Under the pieces are notes generated by a model. It did not search any database and was not told the DNA's origin. It worked only from the letters and a program-made list of their open reading frames with translations. Shown piece by piece: positions 1 to 5,071 of a stretch of DNA of 5,071 nucleotides; position 1 is the stretch's first letter, and each line of letters opens with the position of its first letter. Source of the stretch: a virus. Its lineage: Duplodnaviria; Heunggongvirae; Uroviricota; Caudoviricetes. The position numbers were made by a program, and so were the translations under genes. The stretch is from the IMG/VR virus record IMGVR_UViG_2778261420_000015. One strand, given 5' to 3'.

Positions 1-495
1 CCTTTACTGTGTATATAAATAAATTATGTACACATAAATAATGTAAAGGCGTCCTTTTAGATATATCTTATCAAATGTTAATGACTTGAGTGGGAAATAT
101 GATTCCAGCAACTTATCATGTGGCTACTTTATAAAAATAATGCCCATATAAAACAACAAGCGAAAAGGATTACGGATAAAAAAGGAGCGAGATGTGCGAA
201 CTTGTTATTTTCCATGTTTAACCACCTTAAATAATTGATGATGACGGGATGATTGCATCTGTAATGCTTTTATTGAAATGTTATGATAAAAAAGAACTTT
301 TGCATAACATTAAAATGTAATTTATCTAATCGTTTTTAATAATAAATGTCGTATTTCTATCCTTGTACCAGCTATTTGATATGTAGTGTTTGTTCATGCT
401 ATGTGGGGCTTTACACCATAGCCAGTTTATTTATACTTTATTCGTCAGCCTGAACAACTGGCATCTGCTGCGCTGCGCCATCGAGAGATTGAGAA

Positions 496-1095
496 ATGGC
501 GCATATACAACTGGTCAAACAAACTTCTTCTGGTTTACTTCTCCCGGCGACGCCGGAGAGTTGCGATTTTCTGCATCAAATCAAAATAGGTGAGTGGATA
601 CACGCAGACTTTAAGCGTGTGCGTAACTACGCATTCCACAAGCGTTTTTTCAAACTCCTGCAACTGGGATTCGATTACTGGACTCCGGTCGGTGGGGCGA
701 TCACGCCTCGCGAACGAGAACTGCTGTCTGGTTTCGTTGATTACCTGTGCGAATCAGTTGGTCGGGAACACACGCCAGCCCTGAGTGATGCCGCAGAGCA
801 ATACCTTAACACCGTTGCGACTCGTAGAACCCGGGATACGGCGTTGCTAAAGTCGTTTGAGGCTTTCCGCGAGTGGGTAACCATTCAGGCCGGATTTTAC
901 ACCGAGCATATTTATCCGGACGGTAGCCGTGGGCGTCGGGCAAAATCCATCGCTTTTGCGAATATGGACGAAGTCGAGTTTCAGCAGGTTTATAAATCTG
1001 TACTGAATGTGCTGTGGAACTGGATTCTGTTTCGTAAATTCTCCTCTCAGGAGGAAGTTGAAAATGTGGCCGCACAACTACTGGAGTTTGCGTAA
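496..1095 (+). CDS. Phage Nin-region protein of unknown function (DUF1367-like as best recollection)
   Basis: 199-aa ORF with ordinary, non-low-complexity composition. Its TAA stop overlaps the next gene's ATG (TAATG at 1093-1097), which indicates translational coupling in an operon. Position is directly upstream of a YbcO-like gene and Q, as in lambdoid Nin regions. The family name is from memory and unverified. Confidence 0.6.
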   Translation: MAHIQLVKQTSSGLLLPATPESCDFLHQIKIGEWIHADFKRVRNYAFHKRFFKLLQLGFDYWTPVGGAITPRERELLSGFVDYLCESVGREHTPALSDAAEQYLNTVATRRTRDTALLKSFEAFREWVTIQAGFYTEHIYPDGSRGRRAKSIAFANMDEVEFQQVYKSVLNVLWNWILFRKFSSQEEVENVAAQLLEFA

Positions 1096-1385
1096 TGGTG
1101 AATTTACGTAAAGCGGCTAAAGGCCAGATGTGCCAGATCAGAATCCCTGGCTACTGCAATCACAATCCCGAAACCTCTGTGCTGGCGCATTACAGGCTGG
1201 CGGGGACGTGCGGAACAGCGACAAAACCACACGATATGCAGGCGGCGATAGCCTGTAGCTCATGCCACGATCTAATCGACGGGCGGGTAAAAACCAGCGA
1301 TTACACCAAAGAAGAATTGCGCCTGATGCATGCTGAAGGGGTTTTTCGCACACAAGAAATCTGGAGAAAGAAAGGTCATTTATGA
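1095..1385 (+). CDS. YbcO-like small Cys-rich (probable zinc-binding) phage protein, DUF1364 family, putative nuclease
   Basis: 96-aa ORF. N-terminal MVNLRKAAKGQMCQIRIPGYCNHNPETSVLAH and later CSSCHDLIDGR supply four cysteines in a C-x8-C ... C-x2-C layout typical of a zinc ribbon. This closely resembles my recollection of DLP12 YbcO. The start overlaps the upstream stop, and the TGA stop overlaps the next ATG (ATGA at 1382-1385). Confidence 0.65.
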   Translation: MVNLRKAAKGQMCQIRIPGYCNHNPETSVLAHYRLAGTCGTATKPHDMQAAIACSSCHDLIDGRVKTSDYTKEELRLMHAEGVFRTQEIWRKKGHL

Positions 1386-1924
1386 TTTACCCAACGAATA
1401 CAGGAAAAAGCGGAGAACACCTTCGCCTCACCACGCTGGAAAGTGTCTGGATTCAGGGAAAACTACGTATGTGGGGGCGCTGGTCGTATATTGGCGGTGG
1501 CAGGTCAGGGAATATGTTCAATCAGTTGTTGGCATCCAAAAAACTGACGAAAACAGCCATTAATGAAGCCCTGCGTAGAATGAAAAAAGCGGGAATAGAG
1601 AAAGCTGAGCTGGAAGCGTTTTTGCGAGAGATGATCAACGGCAAGCAAAAGAGCTGGCTGGCGCATTGTACTGATGCAGAGGCGTTATGTATTGATCGAG
1701 TCATAAGTGAGGTGCTGGCAGAGCATCCAGGATTGATTTGCATTCTCCGGCAACGCTATGAAGGGCGGGGGATGACTAAGCGCAAAATGGCTGAATTGCT
1801 AAATGATGGACACCCAGAGTGGTGTTTTAGCACATGCGAAAAACGGATTGCTAATTGGTTAGCTGTTGCTGAGTATGCCCTATATATTCCCATGCGTGAA
1901 TCATTTGCTGAGAAAATGGCTTGA
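1382..1924 (+). CDS. Late-gene antitermination protein Q-like
   Basis: 180-aa ORF, last gene of the coupled triad. It is followed within ~85 bp by a strong intrinsic terminator and then by accessory genes and the lysis cassette, which is the canonical Q-pR'-tR'-lysis layout. Cys/His motifs (HCTDAEALC..., EWCFSTCEK) are consistent with the zinc-binding Q families of phage 21/82-type elements. The assignment rests on context and motifs rather than a search. Confidence 0.6.
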   Translation: MIYPTNTGKSGEHLRLTTLESVWIQGKLRMWGRWSYIGGGRSGNMFNQLLASKKLTKTAINEALRRMKKAGIEKAELEAFLREMINGKQKSWLAHCTDAEALCIDRVISEVLAEHPGLICILRQRYEGRGMTKRKMAELLNDGHPEWCFSTCEKRIANWLAVAEYALYIPMRESFAEKMA

Positions 1925-2003
1925 TTTCTTACGTATAAACTGCTTCAATTTTGCTATGCTTCGCACAGCTGTATCGCGAGGCGGATTGCAGACATGGACA
2001 TCG
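1925..2003 (+). promoter_or_regulatory. Candidate late promoter (pR'-like) and Q-utilisation region
   Basis: Interval between the Q stop and the terminator. It contains TTGATT (1921-1926) and TATAAA (1934-1939), but their spacing is wrong for a single sigma-70 promoter, so I cannot pin the -35/-10 elements. Called from position only. Confidence 0.25.
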
Positions 2004-2031
2004 TAAAAAAACCGCTTAATGCGGTTTTTTT
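2004..2031 (+). terminator. Rho-independent terminator, tR'-like (symmetrical, possibly bidirectional)
   Basis: AAAAAAACCGC-TTAAT-GCGGTTTTTTT: GC stem ACCGC/GCGGT (2011-2015 / 2021-2025), flanked by an A7 run upstream and a T-run downstream. Confidence 0.6.
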
Positions 2032-2351
2032 ACGTCAGGAAAGCAGGGGAGAATGCTGCTAGTTGGGCAACTGGTCTTTCTGCTCCAAATTATAACAGAG
2101 ACCAGTTATAGTTTCGGTGCTGTGTTTTTTTTACAATATTGTGATAACACATTGCTGGCGGGAGTTTTGATATTTCTTGGCAGGGGCTGATGATGCGTTA
2201 TCCTGATGTCGTCAACTCATATAAAATGAGATGAGAGATCATTGCAGGGTGGTTTGTAATTCGCTGTTTAGCGGGACAATATGTTGTCTGATACAAGACA
2301 CCCGACGCCTCAGATTACTATAATAAAGACGAAGCATCCTTTGTATTGACC

Positions 2352-2378
2352 AACCGCCTGTTTAGGCGGTTCTTTTTG
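2352..2378 (+). terminator. Rho-independent terminator
   Basis: AACCGCCT-GTTT-AGGCGGTT (perfect 8-bp stem, 2352-2359 / 2364-2371) followed by CTTTTTG. Confidence 0.55.
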
Positions 2379-2908
2379 GACTGGTTTATTGTATGCCAAA
2401 TGATTATTAAAAAGGTTGTGTTAATAACAAAATCCGAAATAATATGCCTGCATATTTTTATCTTGCTTATATTCTGCATATTGTGCATAGCAGGCTCATC
2501 CCTGCAATCAAAACTGTATGATGAGTATTTTTTTTTTCCTTTTTTCCAGTCATCTGATGATGACCTGCTTCTTTTTAATCCGGATCGACATCAGTTTTTT
2601 AAGATAATTCCTGCGAGTTATATGCATAAATACCACAAACTCCGCATTTTATGTGGTTGGGAGTTGCCGGGCGCGCAGTGAGTTTGCTAAGAAAACTCCT
2701 GCATGGTGAATCCCCCTGTGCGGTGGGGTGATACCATTAACCTTTTCTGTCGCCGACAGGTATCACGAACATTTTGTTCACCGGGAGGCACCCGGCACCA
2801 TGCACTTCAATAGATTCTCTCCACATTATGGATATTCTTTCAGAATATCCCACGCAGACTTTGTGTAAATGTTAACAAATGTGCGTTTTATTTGATCTGA
2901 TTCGCTGT

Positions 2909-2938
2909 TTGAGCGTCCAAAACAACGGTATATATAAT
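2909..2938 (+). promoter_or_regulatory. Candidate sigma-70 promoter for the first TolA-like lipoprotein gene
   Basis: TTGAGC (2909-2914), 18-bp spacer, TATAAT (2933-2938). It lies ~30 bp upstream of the 2968 start codon, which has a GAGGA Shine-Dalgarno at 2960-2964. Confidence 0.4.
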
Positions 2939-2967
2939 CCTTTACTATATGACATATGTGAGGAAAA

Positions 2968-3396
2968 ATGGGTTTTCGTAGCGCATCAATTCTTACGTTG
3001 ATTATTAGTGGGATTATTATCGGGTGCACTGATGCTGTATCGACAAATTATCATGACCGTACATCATATTACTCCGATAAAGCAATAGAGACACAGTATG
3101 TGAGTTCATCTGAACGTACTTCTGATGTTAGTGAGGATATCCGTCTGTATGCCCATCAAATCAAGAGCGCCATCGAAAAACAGTTCGGGGATGCGAGTAA
3201 GTATTCAGGAAAAGAGTGTACACTGAGAATGCATATGGCCCCGAATGGCCTTCTACTGGAGGTTAAAAGAGAAAGTGGAGACCTCGATTTATGTCGTGAA
3301 GCGATGAATGCGATAAAGAATGCTGATATACCTGCCCCCCCTTCGCCGGAAGTATATAAAGTATTTCAAAATGGGGTGCTGGATTTTAAACCCTGA
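2968..3396 (+). CDS. Prophage lipoprotein with TolA C-terminal domain III-like fold
   Basis: 142 aa. The N-terminus MGFRSASILTLIISGIIIG-C is a signal peptide with lipobox IIGC; residues after the Cys are T, D. The C-terminal ~85 aa (LYAHQIKSAIEKQFGDASKYSGKECTLRMHMAPNGLLLEVKRESGDLDLCREAMNAIKNADIPAPPSPEVYKVFQNGVLDFKP) aligns by eye almost colinearly with E. coli TolA domain III as I recall it (...YAGQIKSAIESKFYDASSYAGKTCTLRIKLAPDGMLLDIK...ALCQAA...KIPKPPSQAVYEVFKNAPLDFKP), including both cysteines and the terminal LDFKP. Good RBS and own promoter. Confidence 0.8.
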   Translation: MGFRSASILTLIISGIIIGCTDAVSTNYHDRTSYYSDKAIETQYVSSSERTSDVSEDIRLYAHQIKSAIEKQFGDASKYSGKECTLRMHMAPNGLLLEVKRESGDLDLCREAMNAIKNADIPAPPSPEVYKVFQNGVLDFKP

Positions 3397-3546
3397 TATT
3401 TATTGTTTTGTAATAAACGGTTTCGGCTTAGGTTTGTTCTGACACAGCTACGGCACTGAGCTAAATTTAGCGGATAGTCAGCTCTGAGCCAGTGGCGGAC
3501 GTAACAACTACTATTGCTGAGATTTTAATGGATTGAGGAGCAAGAA

Positions 3547-3942
3547 GTGGGATTAAAGAAAATCGTTATGTTGACTTTTTGGGTCGGTTTTGTTGCGGGA
3601 TGCACACCTTTACACCCTTCAGATTGCCACAAAACTACTGCTACAGGTAGTTGCAGTTCAGGACGCTGGGATGATCAGGATGAATGGGGGGCGCAAGCGC
3701 GGGGAATCAGAGCTGCAATTAATGCCAAACTTGATGAGCCGCATAACTGGAAAGGGAAAAAATGCAGGTTGCATATGGAATTCTCTCAGGATGGCACGGC
3801 GTTAAAAATATCTACCAGTAACGGTGATAAAGCCTATTGCGAAGCGATAAAGTCCGCAGCTCATAAAGCCAAATTTCCGGCCTTCAACAATCCGGAAGTC
3901 TACAGAGATTTTCAGAAATCTGGCTTTGACATGCGAGGTTAG
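3547..3942 (+). CDS. Second, divergent TolA domain III-like lipoprotein (paralog of 2968-3396)
   Basis: 131 aa. GTG start at 3547, preceded by GAGGAG (3535-3540). Signal peptide MGLKKIVMLTFWVGFVAG-C with lipobox VAGC. The C-terminal region IRAAINAKLDEPHNWKGKKCRLHMEFSQDGTALKISTSNGDKAYCEAIKSAAHKAKFPAFNNPEVYRDFQKSG keeps the two cysteines and the PEVY..FQ core of the TolA-III-like domain, but the rest is diverged and the terminal LDFKP is replaced. Confidence 0.75.
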   Translation: MGLKKIVMLTFWVGFVAGCTPLHPSDCHKTTATGSCSSGRWDDQDEWGAQARGIRAAINAKLDEPHNWKGKKCRLHMEFSQDGTALKISTSNGDKAYCEAIKSAAHKAKFPAFNNPEVYRDFQKSGFDMRG

Positions 3943-4067
3943 CTCTTCAATTACTATATCTCATTCATAGCAAACTGACAGATTTGATGATGTTCTATAT
4001 ACGAAACCTGTGATGTCAAGTCTGAGCTAATACAAATAAACATAATATCAGAGAAATACATTTTATT

Positions 4068-4092
4068 AGCTCGCTACGGCGAGCTTTTTATA
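4068..4092 (+). terminator. Rho-independent terminator closing the accessory island
   Basis: AGCTCGC-TACG-GCGAGCT (7-bp stem) followed by TTTTTAT, about 100 bp upstream of the holin start. Confidence 0.5.
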
Positions 4093-4193
4093 TTGCATCG
4101 TCTCCAGCATATATATCAATTAAGGCTCTGATTGATGTGTCTGAAAGCCTACACATAATAACTATGCCATCCGTTCCGTGCGGAGGTGAGGCT

Positions 4194-4409
4194 ATGAAAT
4201 CCATGGACAAAATTTCAACAGGCATTGCCTACGGCACCTCCGCAGGCAGTGCTGGCTACTGGTTTTTACAGTTGCTCGATAGAGTAACTCCGTCACAGTG
4301 GGCTGCAATCGGTGTGCTGGGTAGTCTGGTATTTGGCCTGCTGACGTACCTGACAAACCTTTATTTCAAGATTAAAGAAGATAAGCGCAAGGCTGCGAGA
4401 GGTGAATAA
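4194..4409 (+). CDS. S: Class II pinholin, phage 21 S-type, dual-start (antiholin from 4194, holin from 4203)
   Basis: [28 protein letters not shown]...[36 protein letters not shown] matches the S21 pinholin nearly residue for residue from memory. The two starts are M-K-S-M (ATG at 4194 and 4203); the extra Lys is the known antiholin determinant. GGAGG at 4182-4186. TMD1 is Gly/Ala/Ser-rich (SAR-like); TMD2 carries a glycine-zipper. The track's 4137 start is an upstream in-frame extension lacking an RBS. Confidence 0.9.
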   Translation: MKSMDKISTGIAYGTSAGSAGYWFLQLLDRVTPSQWAAIGVLGSLVFGLLTYLTNLYFKIKEDKRKAARGE

Positions 4410-4906
4410 TGCCTCCATCATTACGAAAAGTCGTTGCTGCTGCTATTGGTGGCGGAGCAATTGCTATAGCATCAGTGTTAATCACTGGCCCAAGTGGTAA
4501 CGATGGTCTGGAAGGTGTCAGCTACATACCATACAAAGATATTGTTGGTGTATGGACTGTATGTCACGGGCATACAGGAAAAGACATCATGCTCGGTAAA
4601 ACGTATACCAAAGCAGAATGCAAAACACTCTTGAATAAAGACCTTGCCACGGTCGCCAGACAAATTAACCCGTACATCAAAGTCGATATACCGGAAACAA
4701 CGCGCGGCGCTCTTTACTCATTCGTTTACAACGTGGGTGCTGGCAATTTCAGAACATCGACGCTTCTTCGCAAAATAAACCAGGGCGATATCAAAGGCGC
4801 ATGTGATCAGCTACGTCGCTGGACATATGCTGGCGGTAAGCAATGGAAAGGTCTCATGACTCGTCGTGAGATTGAGCGTGAAATCTGTTTGTGGGGTCAG
4901 CAATGA
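4409..4906 (+). CDS. R: SAR endolysin (phage 21 R-type lysozyme, T4-lysozyme-like catalytic domain with N-terminal signal-anchor-release segment)
   Basis: 165 aa. The N-terminal [27 protein letters not shown] is a weakly hydrophobic Gly/Ala-rich SAR domain. It is followed by an E...D...T arrangement ([22 protein letters not shown]) matching the catalytic triad layout of R21-type lysozymes. The ATG overlaps the holin stop (TAATG at 4407-4411). Near-identical to my recollection of R21 / DLP12 RrrD. Confidence 0.9.
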   Translation: MPPSLRKVVAAAIGGGAIAIASVLITGPSGNDGLEGVSYIPYKDIVGVWTVCHGHTGKDIMLGKTYTKAECKTLLNKDLATVARQINPYIKVDIPETTRGALYSFVYNVGAGNFRTSTLLRKINQGDIKGACDQLRRWTYAGGKQWKGLMTRREIEREICLWGQQ

Positions 4907-5010
4907 ACAGAGTAACCGCGATTATCTCCGCTCTGGTTATCTGCATCGTCGTCTGCCTGTCATGGGGTGTTAATCATTACCGTGATAACGCCATTAGACT
5001 GGCCCCCTGA
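4903..5010 (+). pseudogene. Rz: Rz (i-spanin) 5' fragment, truncated by IS2 insertion
   Basis: The start overlaps the endolysin stop (ATGA at 4903-4906). [31 protein letters not shown] is the N-terminal TM anchor of phage-21-type Rz. After codon ~31 the frame runs into IS2 sequence (RLAP-stop at 5008-5010). The embedded Rz1 frame would lie beyond the insertion and is not in the window. Confidence 0.8.
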
Positions 5011-5071
5011 ATCTCCAGACAACCAATATCACTTAAATAAGTGATAGTCTTAATACTAGTTTTTAGACTAG
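4995..5071 (+). mobile_element. IS2 (IS3 family) left terminal region, partial; element continues past the window end
   Basis: TAGACTGGCCCCCTGAATCTCCAGACAACCAATATCACTTAAATAAGTGATAGTCTTAATACTAGTTTTTAGACTAG matches the IS2 left end as I recall it (the bases that follow in IS2 would be TCATTGGAGAACAGATG, the insC start). The junction is ambiguous by 1-2 nt, at about 4995-4997. Confidence 0.75.

Noticed and set aside
390-784. Plus-strand ORFs 390-593 and 590-784
   Set aside because: Both overlap the 496-1095 gene in other frames. The 496 ORF is longer, is coupled to downstream genes and has more protein-like composition.
806-1077. Minus-strand ORFs (806-1075, 847-1077) antisense to the DUF1367-like gene
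   Set aside because: Fully nested antisense within a longer, better-supported + strand gene that is translationally coupled to its neighbours.
1138-1743. Minus-strand ORFs 1138-1353 and 1522-1743, and the + strand frame-shifted ORF 1330-1563
   Set aside because: These are alternate-frame or antisense overlaps of the YbcO-like and Q genes, with no independent start signals.
2346-2681. 111-aa + strand ORF encoding a very hydrophobic, Phe/Ile/Leu-rich peptide
   Set aside because: Its start lies inside the 2352-2378 terminator hairpin, there is no RBS, and its composition reflects AT-rich DNA with T-tracts. Most likely a spurious ORF, though a tiny membrane peptide cannot be formally excluded.
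2826-3029. 67-aa minus-strand ORF overlapping the lipoprotein promoter and start
   Set aside because: It overlaps the well-supported + strand promoter, RBS and signal peptide, and has no RBS or recognisable features. Considered spurious.
3397-3546. Possible terminator or hairpin between the two lipoprotein genes (repeated CTGAGC motifs)
   Set aside because: The repeats do not form a clean stem followed by a T-run. The two genes are most likely co-transcribed, and the motif recurrence looks coincidental.
3590-3805. 71-aa + strand ORF inside the second lipoprotein gene
   Set aside because: Alternate frame fully inside a gene that has a clear signal peptide, lipobox and TolA-like domain.
2032-4130. 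Shiga toxin genes, tRNA genes or a CRISPR array at the Q-S locus
   Set aside because: This is the classical site for stxAB and ileZ/argN/argO tRNAs, but no ORF resembles StxA/StxB, I found no tRNA-like T-arm/acceptor pattern, and there are no regularly spaced direct repeats.
4137-4193. Upstream extension of the holin ORF to the ATG at 4137 (90-aa version)
   Set aside because: No Shine-Dalgarno ahead of 4137, whereas GGAGG sits immediately before the ATG at 4194, and the known S21-type proteins start at MKSM/MDK. The real starts are 4194 and 4203.
4478-4663. 61-aa minus-strand ORF inside the endolysin gene
   Set aside because: Antisense to a confidently identified endolysin, with no supporting signals.

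Overview
This window reads as the late-control and lysis region of a lambdoid (phage-21/DLP12-like) enterobacterial prophage, with every credible gene on the + strand. In order: (1) three translationally coupled Nin-region genes, 496-1924, ending in a Q-like late antiterminator; (2) a strong terminator just downstream of Q (2004-2031), in the position of tR'; (3) a ~2.1 kb AT-rich accessory ('moron') island, 2032-4130, in the slot where Stx phages carry stxAB, containing ~0.9 kb with no credible coding sequence followed by two tandem genes for small lipoproteins whose mature domains closely resemble TolA C-terminal domain III; (4) a phage-21-type lysis cassette, with a dual-start pinholin (4194-4409) and a SAR endolysin (4409-4906); (5) an Rz spanin gene cut after about 31 codons by the left end of an IS2 element that runs off the window. 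The TolA-III lipoprotein pair is the most interesting candidate for an undescribed system, plausibly a decoy or exclusion function against TolA-dependent invaders. All family assignments are from recalled sequence and motifs, not from a database search.
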